In this document: positions 17,591 through 24,799 of the stretch, in pieces | Layout of the letters: every line of letters begins with the position of its first letter | Numbering within the stretch: position 1 is the stretch's first letter | Assembly: GCA_017612935.1 (NCBI GenBank) | Contig: JAGAEW010000113.1 | Span: 1 to 46,712, forward strand | Source: Oscillospiraceae bacterium | GTDB taxonomy: Bacteria; Bacillota; Clostridia; Oscillospirales; Oscillospiraceae | Direction of reading: 5' to 3' | Length of the DNA stretch: 46,712 nucleotides | Program-made: the position numbers and the translations under genes | The notes under the pieces: model-generated | Seen by the model: only the letters and a program-made list of their open reading frames with translations | What the model was told of the DNA's origin: nothing | The model's database searches: none

Positions 17591-18424
17591 ATGAGTTGTT
17601 TATCTGCTTCCGTTTCCGACTGCCAGGGCCGGGAGAACAGGGTCCGCTTTTTGACCCTCGGCGCCATGCTGACTGCGCTGGTGATTGTGCTGCAGCTTCT
17701 TGGCTCGGCCATTCACTTCGGCCCCTTCTCCATTAATCTTGCGCTGGTTCCCATTGTCATTGGGGCAGCCCTGATCGGGCCCCTGACCGGTGCCTGGCTT
17801 GGGCTTATCAATGCGCTTGTCATTTTGCTTTCCGGCGATGCCGCCGCTTTTATGAGCATCAGCGTGTTCGGCACCCTGGCTACCGTGATCGTCAAGGGTG
17901 TGATGGCGGGCCTGTGCGCCGGTGTGGTCTACAAGCTGATTTCCCATGTGAATCAGTACGCCGCCGTCATTTTGGCCGCGCTGATTTGCCCTGCCGTCAA
18001 TACCGGCATCTTCCTGCTGGGCACCCGGCTTTTTTTCTGGGATACCATTATCGGCTGGGGAACGGCGCAGGGCTATCACAACGCCTGGACCTACGTCATC
18101 GTCGGGATGGTGGGCGTGAATTTCCTGGTTGAGTTAGCGGTCAATATTGTCCTGGCGCCCGCCATTGCGCGGATCCTCGGCCAGCCTTCGAATCGGAACA
18201 CGGCCTTTGTTGTCTACGGAATTGTCTTTGCAATTTTCGGCTTGGCCGTCACCGTCTTCTCAATCGGCCTGATGAAACAGGTCGCCGTTGGTGAGAACGT
18301 TGGCGGGGTGCTGAATCCCAAGACCCGGTATATGGTTTTGACCGTTGTTTCCAGCGTGGTCCTGGCGGTCGGCTGTCTGCTGACCGGCATCGGCCTGATT
18401 TCCGGTAAGAAAAAAAGCAGCTAA
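17591..18424 (+). CDS. ECF-transporter substrate-specific (S) component; substrate unknown
   Basis: 278 aa and multi-TM (LTLGAMLTALVIVLQLLG..., LALVPIVIGAALIGPLTGAWLG...). No ecfA/ecfT genes are adjacent. The track ORF from 16946 is over-extended across the GT4 gene in another frame. Confidence 0.65.
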   Translation: MSCLSASVSDCQGRENRVRFLTLGAMLTALVIVLQLLGSAIHFGPFSINLALVPIVIGAALIGPLTGAWLGLINALVILLSGDAAAFMSISVFGTLATVIVKGVMAGLCAGVVYKLISHVNQYAAVILAALICPAVNTGIFLLGTRLFFWDTIIGWGTAQGYHNAWTYVIVGMVGVNFLVELAVNIVLAPAIARILGQPSNRNTAFVVYGIVFAIFGLAVTVFSIGLMKQVAVGENVGGVLNPKTRYMVLTVVSSVVLAVGCLLTGIGLISGKKKSS

Positions 18425-18441
18425 AAGCGTGCTGCGTTAAG

Positions 18442-18476
18442 AAGCCTCGGAGCTCCGCAAGGGAGCTCCGAGGCTT
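18442..18476. terminator. Strong hairpin between convergent genes (15-bp perfect stem)
   Basis: AAGCCTCGGAGCTCC (18442-18456) pairs with GGAGCTCCGAGGCTT (18462-18476). The loop is GCAAG and TTTT follows on the + strand. Confidence 0.8.
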
Positions 18477-18559
18477 TTACTTGTCTCTCGGTTAACGCGA
18501 ATGGATTACATCGTTATGAGTTCGAGCCCCGCAAGCGCGGAGTACTCATGCGCCCGGAA

Positions 18560-20227
18560 TCAGGGATTCACCGGATCGCTGGGCTCTTCAGGAGCAGGCT
18601 CTTCGGGAGCAGGCTCTTCAGGAGCGGGATCTTCCGGCGTGGGCTCTTCGGGCGCGGGTTCCTCGGGCGTGGGCTCTTCGACGGGAATCAGAGAAGCTCT
18701 GTACAGGAAGGTGACAACCTGTGCACGGGTGCAGGTCTCGTTGGTGCTGAAAATCGTAGCGCTGGTGCCGTTGGTCACGTTGTTCTCACTTGCCCACAGC
18801 ACAGCAGAGGTATAGAACCTGCCCTGCTGCACATCGGTAAAGGGGCATTCCTCGGTTTTGGGCTGGGGCTTGCCTGCGGCGTTCCAAAGGAAGGTGACAA
18901 CCTGCGCCCGGGTGCAGGATTCATTCGGAGAGAAAGTCGTCGTGCTGGTACCGTTGGTGATGCCCCGTTCCGCGGCCCACAAGACGGCCTTGTAGTAGAA
19001 GCTGTTTTTGTTCAGGTCCGTGAAGGCAGTCTCGGTTGAGGTGGGCTCAGGCTTGCCTGCGGCCTTCCACAGGAAGGTGACAACCTGCGCCCGGGTGCAG
19101 GATTCATTCGGAGAGAATTTTGTATCGCTGGTGCCGTTGGTGACGCCATTGAGCCAGGCCCAGTCGATGGGGGCGTGGGCCCAGTTGCCATCAGCGGGCA
19201 TATCCGTGAAGACCTCGCCGGCGCAGAGATTGGCTTGCTTGGTTTCGCTGCAATTCTTGCAGCTATAAAGGGCGGTACCATGGGGATTTTCTTCTGTGGG
19301 CTCCGTCAAACGCTCGGTCAGGGTCCAGACGTGTCCCTGAGCGGGGATCTGCTCAGTCCGGGTGTCCTTGCAGCGGGTGCAGGTGAAAAGCTTGGTTCCG
19401 GTGGTGGTGCAGCCTGGAGCGGTGCTTGTAACGCCCTTATCCCAACTGTGGCCCAGAGCGGGAACCGCTTCCTTCTTTGTGGCGTTGCAGACGGTGCAGC
19501 GATATTCCATGTTGCCGCCTGTGGTGCAGGTGGGCTTCGGCGCGTAAGTTCCCTCCTTGCTCCAGGTGTGCTTCCCGGTGGCGGCAATCGTTTCTGTCTG
19601 GGTCTTATTGCAGACCGTGCAGGTGTAGGTCTTCACGCCGGTGGCGCCGCAGGTGGGAGCCTTGGTGACTTTGCCGCTGTTGAAGCAATGGACGGCGCTG
19701 CACTTTTTGTAAGCAGTCAGCCCCATATCAGACAGTGTGTAGCCGCCCTGATAGATGACAGCCCGGGTGAACTCCAGAACTGCGGGGAAAACGTTGTTGA
19801 TCAGTCCCAGTACGTCAGACTTGTAGCTCTGGTTGCCCTGATAGCTGGCAAAATTGGTGTAGGCCGCACCGTTGTAACCGCCGTAGAGCTTCACCGAGCC
19901 GGTGGCATCAGCTACGTCCGCATAGACGTCATAGGGAAGCTTCGTGTTGGAGGACAGTTCCAGATAGACGTCATAAGATTCGAAATCGTCTGTGATGATA
20001 CACTGAACCTTCTTGTTGGTTTCGTCGTAGGCAACGATGTAGAACACTGTGTTATCATCGTTCAGAGAGAAGCCGTTGGCCCAGACGGATTGAGAATGTG
20101 TGCCCTTCTTTGCAAAGGACACCAGATAATTAAACACATCCTTGGGGCTTGCTGCGCTGGCAGGAACTGCCAGCAGGCCGATCAAAAGAATTGCGATCAG
20201 CGCCAAACTTAAAAGTCGCTTTTTCAT
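18560..20227 (-). CDS. Secreted cell-surface protein: unknown N-terminal domain, four Cys-rich modules, three SLH repeats, and a C-terminal (PEEPA)n tail
   Basis: Signal peptide MKKRLLSLALIAILLIGLLAVPASA. SLH repeats (FTDMPADGNWAHAPIDWAWLNGVTNG..., FTDLNKNSFYYKAVLWAAERGITNG..., FTDVQQGRFYTSAVLWASENNVTNG...). AAGGAA RBS. Confidence 0.88.
   Translation of the reverse strand: MKKRLLSLALIAILLIGLLAVPASAASPKDVFNYLVSFAKKGTHSQSVWANGFSLNDDNTVFYIVAYDETNKKVQCIITDDFESYDVYLELSSNTKLPYDVYADVADATGSVKLYGGYNGAAYTNFASYQGNQSYKSDVLGLINNVFPAVLEFTRAVIYQGGYTLSDMGLTAYKKCSAVHCFNSGKVTKAPTCGATGVKTYTCTVCNKTQTETIAATGKHTWSKEGTYAPKPTCTTGGNMEYRCTVCNATKKEAVPALGHSWDKGVTSTAPGCTTTGTKLFTCTRCKDTRTEQIPAQGHVWTLTERLTEPTEENPHGTALYSCKNCSETKQANLCAGEVFTDMPADGNWAHAPIDWAWLNGVTNGTSDTKFSPNESCTRAQVVTFLWKAAGKPEPTSTETAFTDLNKNSFYYKAVLWAAERGITNGTSTTTFSPNESCTRAQVVTFLWNAAGKPQPKTEECPFTDVQQGRFYTSAVLWASENNVTNGTSATIFSTNETCTRAQVVTFLYRASLIPVEEPTPEEPAPEEPTPEDPAPEEPAPEEPAPEEPSDPVNP
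18582..18686 (-). repeat. 15-nt tandem repeat, about 7 units, encoding (P-E-E-P-[AT])n
   Basis: Units GGCTCTTCAGGAGCA / GGCTCTTCGGGAGCA / GGCTCTTCAGGAGCG / GGATCTTCCGGCGTG / GGCTCTTCGGGCGCG / GGTTCCTCGGGCGTG / GGCTCTTCGACGGGA, read on the + strand. Confidence 0.9.
18889..19117 (-). repeat. Intragenic 183-nt-period SLH repeats containing an identical 46-nt block
   Basis: GGAAGGTGACAACCTGCGCCCGGGTGCAGGATTCATTCGGAGAGAA occurs at 18889-18934 and again at 19072-19117. Confidence 0.85.
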
Positions 20228-20396
20228 TTTGGATTCCTTTCTTTTTTGAGTTTTAATTTTCCTGGGGTGGGATTACGATGGGTATCTTAAACACAAGCGC
20301 ATTCCGGAAGCTGCAGAAGATGGTACATACGCCTACCTGCAGAGGTGTAATCAGATATCGGACTCCGTAACATTCCGTTCCACGCTGTGTAAAGAT

Positions 20397-20594
20397 TCAA
20401 TTCATCAGCTTCAAACCAAGCTCAAAGGCCAGAGCCATGATTTTTGTTTTGTCGTCCAGGCGGACCTCACCGAACAGACTTCTGGGATCCCAGTTGCTGT
20501 GATCCAGATTATCTCCGGCATAGAAGAATCTGCCGAAAAACAGGAGACCGTGACCTCCGGAAAATTTTCGAGCCGCAGGGCTCTCGTTTCGGGA
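20397..20594 (-). pseudogene. Possible 3' gene remnant: a 65-codon open frame with no start codon
   Basis: My minus-strand translation is SRNESPAARKFSGGHGLLFFGRFFYAGDNLDHSNWDPRSLFGEVRLDDKTKIMALAFELGLKLMN*. It is bounded upstream by TAA, has no ATG/GTG/TTG near its 5' end, and has no RBS. It lies in an AT-richer 600-bp gap. Confidence 0.3.
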
Positions 20595-20780
20595 TTAATG
20601 ACGGCTTTTTTTGATTGTCAAATTCTTCCAAAAGCATAGCTTCTTTTATAAGCTTTCAGTGTGGTTATTGACTAATTCTACCTGAATTGAAGACAAAAGT
20701 CAACCAAATATTGCTTGCTTTGTTGGCAAGAATTGTCACAAAAAAAGCCGCAAAAAGACGAGCCTTTTTAGTAAAAAATG

Positions 20781-20809
20781 TTGTATTCCGTGCAGAACTG
20801 TGATAGAAT
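20781..20809 (+). promoter_or_regulatory. Extended -10 SigA promoter (TTGTAT-N17-TGaTAGAAT) for the O-acyltransferase cluster
   Basis: TTGTAT at 20781-20786 and TAGAAT at 20804-20809, preceded by TGA. Confidence 0.5.
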
Positions 20810-20842
20810 ACTCAGTATAAAATTGATAAAGACGGTGATAGC

Positions 20843-21685
20843 GTGCAACAAAAGCAAAAAATGCTTCTGCCGATGCTTCTGGGCCTTGCGGTGCTGCTCC
20901 TGACGGCGGCGTACCTTTCTTCCGCCCCCGACGCTCCGAAGTCGGAGCCGGTCTCCGCGGAGGAACTCCAGGCTGGTCGGACCTACCTCAGCGTGATGGC
21001 GGAAAAGGACCCCGCTCTGGTGGATCAGGTGTTGAAGCAGCGACGCGCCGAAAAGCTGGACCGGGAGCGGGAAGAACTGGTGCAAAAGCTCTGCAGCGGC
21101 GAGGCGGATGTGTGGTCTATGTTTCAGGACTTTGTTCTGCTGGGAGATTCCCGGGCAGTGGGCCTTTATTACTACAAATTTCTGGACAAGTCCCGGGTTC
21201 TGGCGGATGGCGGCAATACCATTCGCAATGTGGCCGAGCACATGCAGCAGATCAAGGACCTGAATCCTTCCAGCATTTTCCTCTGCTACGGTCTGAACGA
21301 CGTGAGCATCGGATACTGGGATACGCCTGAATCCTATGCCGAGGAAATGCTGGAGGTGGTGCAGGGTCTGCAGCAGCAGCTTCCCCAGGCCAGGATTGTG
21401 ATTTCCTCGATCCTGCCTGCCCGGGACCCCGCCTTTGAGCGGGCCTCCAAGTGGCGGGAGATTCCGGCTTACAGCGCGGCTGTGGAGAAGCTGTGCCGGG
21501 AGAAGGGCATAGCCTTTGCCAACAACGACAAAATCGCTGAGGAACACGCAGCCCTTTGGGATCCCGACGGCATTCATCTTCAGCGTCCCTTCTATCAATA
21601 CTGGGGTAGCAATCTGATTGTTGCAGCGCTCCAGGAGCAGCAGCCCGGAACGGAGGCTGACGGGGAGGTGAGGGACCATGAATAA
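20843..21685 (+). CDS. Membrane-anchored SGNH/GDSL hydrolase-family protein
   Basis: N-terminal TM, block I FVLLGDSRAVG, block III YGLNDV, and block V DPDGIHLQ. GTG start. Confidence 0.8.
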   Translation: MQQKQKMLLPMLLGLAVLLLTAAYLSSAPDAPKSEPVSAEELQAGRTYLSVMAEKDPALVDQVLKQRRAEKLDREREELVQKLCSGEADVWSMFQDFVLLGDSRAVGLYYYKFLDKSRVLADGGNTIRNVAEHMQQIKDLNPSSIFLCYGLNDVSIGYWDTPESYAEEMLEVVQGLQQQLPQARIVISSILPARDPAFERASKWREIPAYSAAVEKLCREKGIAFANNDKIAEEHAALWDPDGIHLQRPFYQYWGSNLIVAALQEQQPGTEADGEVRDHE

Positions 21686-22160
21686 GCTGCGGATTTGCGC
21701 GTTTCTGCGCTGGAGCGCCGCGATTCTGGCCCTGATCCTGATTGTAAATCTCTGCGGCGGGAGCGGAACCAGTCACGCGGACCCTGCCCAGGTCTTTAAG
21801 GCAGTGAGCTCCGAGCTGGACATGGACACCATGCAGGAGGCAGACAATCAGATGGTCAAGCGCCTCTACGGTCTGATACCGACCGATTATGAAGGGCTGT
21901 TTCTCTGGTATCCCACCACCAATATGGGGGCGGAGGAGCTGCTGGTGGTTAAGCTGAAGGACCCTGCTCAGGCCGAGACGGTTCGCACTGCCGTTGAAAA
22001 GCGGCTGGAGAGCCAAAAGAAAAGCTTCGACGGCTATGGCGTTGAACAGTATGAGCTCCTGAGCAATCACAGTATTCTCGATGTCCGGGGCAATTTCCTG
22101 CTTTTTGTGGTCAATCCCAAGGCGGAGCTGGCCCGGGAAGCCTTCCGGAAGGCATTGTAA
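21678..22160 (+). CDS. DUF4358-family secreted/lipoprotein-like protein
   Basis: Signal and lipobox-like LIVNLCGG, and EELLVVKLKDPAQAETVRTAVEKRLESQKKSFDGYGVEQYELL, which is typical of DUF4358. It overlaps the SGNH gene by 8 nt. Confidence 0.7.
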   Translation: MNKLRICAFLRWSAAILALILIVNLCGGSGTSHADPAQVFKAVSSELDMDTMQEADNQMVKRLYGLIPTDYEGLFLWYPTTNMGAEELLVVKLKDPAQAETVRTAVEKRLESQKKSFDGYGVEQYELLSNHSILDVRGNFLLFVVNPKAELAREAFRKAL

Positions 22161-22173
22161 GGAGGGGAGTGCC

Positions 22174-23568
22174 ATGTCATTCAGCAATCTCTTTTTCCCC
22201 TTTGTGTTTTTGCCTTGCGCTTTGCTGCTCTACGGCCTGATGCCTCAGAAGCTGAAAAATCCCATGCTGGTGCTGATCAGCCTTTGCTTTTACGCCTGGA
22301 GCCGGCCGGTCTATGTGCTGCTGCTGATTCTGAGCATTTTCTTCAACTATTTTACCGCCCGTGAAATCGAGCAGCTTAGGCCGGGCCGCCGCAGAAAGCA
22401 GGTGTTGATCTCCGGCGTTGTGCTGGATCTGGCCCTGCTGGCCTTTTTCAAATACTGGGGCTTCCTGATTTCCAGCCTCGGAAGCCTCTTTGGGGCAGAC
22501 TGGTCCGTCAGTCTGCCGCCCTCCCCGGTGGGAATTTCTTTCTTTAGCTTCTCGGTGCTGTCCTATCTCTTCGACGTCTATCGGGGCCGCGTCCGATCGG
22601 CCGGGAGCTTGCTGGACTGCGCGGTGTATGTCAGTTTTTTCCCAAAATTGATTTCCGGTCCCATTGTCAGTTGGAAGGAATTTGAGCCCCAGATCCGGAA
22701 CCATCCCATGTGTTCGGAGCTGGCCTTCGCCGGCGGACGGCGCTTCCTGACAGGTCTGGCCAAAAAGGTCCTGCTGGCAAATACCCTGGGCATGAGCTTT
22801 TATGCCATCTCAGCCAGAAACCCCGGAGAGCTGTCGATGCTGGCTGCCTGGATTGCTGCACTGAGCTACTCGCTGATGCTCTACTTCGACTTCAGCGGCT
22901 ACTCCGACATGGCAATCGGCCTGGGTCAGATCTTCGGCTTCAAAATGCCGGAAAATTTTCTCTATCCCTATGCCAGCGGCAGTATGACTGATTTCTGGCG
23001 GACCTGGCACGTTTCCCTGGGCGCCTGGTTCCGGGATTACGTCTACATCCCCTTGGGAGGCAGTCGGGCAGGGAAGTCCAAAACTGTGCGAAATCTGGCA
23101 GTGGTCTGGATGCTGACGGGCCTCTGGCACGGTGCGAATTGGACCTTTATTTTCTGGGGTATCTACCACGGAAGCCTGCTGCTGCTGGAGAAATTCACAC
23201 TGAAATCCTTTGCAGAGAAGCTCCCCAACTGGCTGCGGCACCTGCTGACGGTGCTGCTGGCGGTGATCGGCTGGGTGTTTTTCTTCTCCCCGAGCCTGGG
23301 CAGCGCCCTGGCCTTCCTGGGCTCCATGTTCTCCGGCCCAATTTCAGACAACTTCGGCCGCTACTGCCTTAAAGAGAGCTGGTCGGTGCTGCTGGTTTGC
23401 GGGGTCGGCTGCCTGCCCTATCCCCGCACCATCGCCCGCAATCTGTTCCGCAGTCGGAATTCCCTGGTAAAAGCAGTCAGTCTGGCCTTTTTCGGCGTGC
23501 TGCTCTATTTCTGTACCGCGGGGATGCTCCGGGACACCTACACATCCTTCCTCTATTTCCAGTTCTGA
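22174..23568 (+). CDS. MBOAT-family membrane O-acyltransferase (AlgI/DltB/PatA-like)
   Basis: FWRTWHVSLGAWFRDYVYIPLGGSR and the catalytic-His region TGLWHGANW. Multi-TM. AGGAGGGG RBS. I chose the start at MSFSNLFFPF. Confidence 0.92.
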   Translation: MSFSNLFFPFVFLPCALLLYGLMPQKLKNPMLVLISLCFYAWSRPVYVLLLILSIFFNYFTAREIEQLRPGRRRKQVLISGVVLDLALLAFFKYWGFLISSLGSLFGADWSVSLPPSPVGISFFSFSVLSYLFDVYRGRVRSAGSLLDCAVYVSFFPKLISGPIVSWKEFEPQIRNHPMCSELAFAGGRRFLTGLAKKVLLANTLGMSFYAISARNPGELSMLAAWIAALSYSLMLYFDFSGYSDMAIGLGQIFGFKMPENFLYPYASGSMTDFWRTWHVSLGAWFRDYVYIPLGGSRAGKSKTVRNLAVVWMLTGLWHGANWTFIFWGIYHGSLLLLEKFTLKSFAEKLPNWLRHLLTVLLAVIGWVFFFSPSLGSALAFLGSMFSGPISDNFGRYCLKESWSVLLVCGVGCLPYPRTIARNLFRSRNSLVKAVSLAFFGVLLYFCTAGMLRDTYTSFLYFQF

Positions 23569-23583
23569 CAAGGAGGCGCACCC

Positions 23584-24762
23584 ATGGAACAACAGGAAGC
23601 AAGACGTCGTTCCCGCTCGCTCTTCCGGCGAAATGACCACAGCAACGCAATTTGGGTCTGTATTCCCGCCCTCGCCTTTGTTCTGATCTGTACGGTTGTG
23701 ACGGTTGCCGGACCGGCCCGGAGCTATTCCGAATCGGAAAACCGCATGCTGGCCCAGATGCCCGCTGTGAGCCGGGACGCACTGTTCGACGGCAGTTGGT
23801 TTGCTGGTTTGGAGTCTGCCTTTGCCGATCAGTTCCCGGGCCGGGACAGCTGGATCGCAGCGAAGCTGCGCTTCGACTGCTTTTTTGGGGCCCAGCAGAG
23901 CAGTGGGGTCTATCTGGGAAAGGAGGGCTATCTGATTCAGCAGCCCTCCGATCCAAACGAAGCTGCTCTAACTGCCAATTTGGAAGCCATGAAGGCCTTC
24001 TGCAAGGACCATTTGGAGACAGCCATGTATGTGACCCTGGTTCCAAATGCGGTGACGGTGCTGGCGGACAAGCTGCCTGCCAATGCTCCGGTGCCGGATC
24101 AACGGATGCAGTTGGATGAAATCCGGAAAAAACTGCAGGGCGGCCCGGCCTTTGTGGACGTATGTGATGCCCTTCTGGCCCACCGGGAGGAGGCGCTGTA
24201 CTACCGAACGGATCACCACTGGACCAGCCTTGGCGCCCGCTATGGCTTCGAGGCAATGGCCCCCGCCCTGAAGATTCAGCCCGGGAAGGAGTATCGGATC
24301 TACACGGTGTCCGACAGCTTTGAGGGCACCCTTGCCGCCCGCAGCGGCTGCCACATTGCCCAGGATCGGGTTCAGCTCTATGTTCCTCAGCCGGAGCCGG
24401 ACTATAAGGTGGTCTACAGTGACAGCGGCGCGATTTGCGCGTCCCTTTATGACCGGACGGCGCTGGAGGCCAGGGATCACTACACAGTTTTTTTCGGCGG
24501 CAACCACCCGCGCATCGACATTACTACCACGGTGGAAAACCAGCGCCGCCTGTTGATTTTCAAGGATTCTTATGCCAACTGCTTTGTGCAGTTCCTGACC
24601 CCCTATTTTGAACAGATTATTCTGGTGGATCCCCGCTACTACTACGATGATGTCTCCATCTTGATGAAGCAGAATCAGATTACCGACGTGCTCTTCCTCT
24701 ATAACCTGGATACCTTCCTCGGTGACAGCTCCCTGTCCGATGTGCTGGGAGCAGGGGAGTAG
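23584..24762 (+). CDS. DHHW-family protein (AlgJ/AlgX/PatB-like periplasmic O-acyltransferase partner)
   Basis: N-terminal TM and the signature YYRTDHHWTSLGA. It lies directly downstream of the MBOAT gene. Confidence 0.88.
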   Translation: MEQQEARRRSRSLFRRNDHSNAIWVCIPALAFVLICTVVTVAGPARSYSESENRMLAQMPAVSRDALFDGSWFAGLESAFADQFPGRDSWIAAKLRFDCFFGAQQSSGVYLGKEGYLIQQPSDPNEAALTANLEAMKAFCKDHLETAMYVTLVPNAVTVLADKLPANAPVPDQRMQLDEIRKKLQGGPAFVDVCDALLAHREEALYYRTDHHWTSLGARYGFEAMAPALKIQPGKEYRIYTVSDSFEGTLAARSGCHIAQDRVQLYVPQPEPDYKVVYSDSGAICASLYDRTALEARDHYTVFFGGNHPRIDITTTVENQRRLLIFKDSYANCFVQFLTPYFEQIILVDPRYYYDDVSILMKQNQITDVLFLYNLDTFLGDSSLSDVLGAGE

Positions 24763-24799
24763 GAAGCTGCATAATTTTTACAGAACAGGACGGAACACT

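Noticed and set aside
18582-18686. Whether the short tandem repeats could be a CRISPR array.
   Set aside because: The units are 15 nt, contiguous and without spacers. They are in frame inside a CDS, and no cas genes are nearby.
18501-18815. A + strand ORF encoding (GSSGA)n, and the 18548-19039 ORF.
   Set aside because: These are mirror-frame translations of the (PEEPA)n repeat and the SLH repeats of the minus-strand surface protein, which has a signal peptide, an RBS and domain structure.
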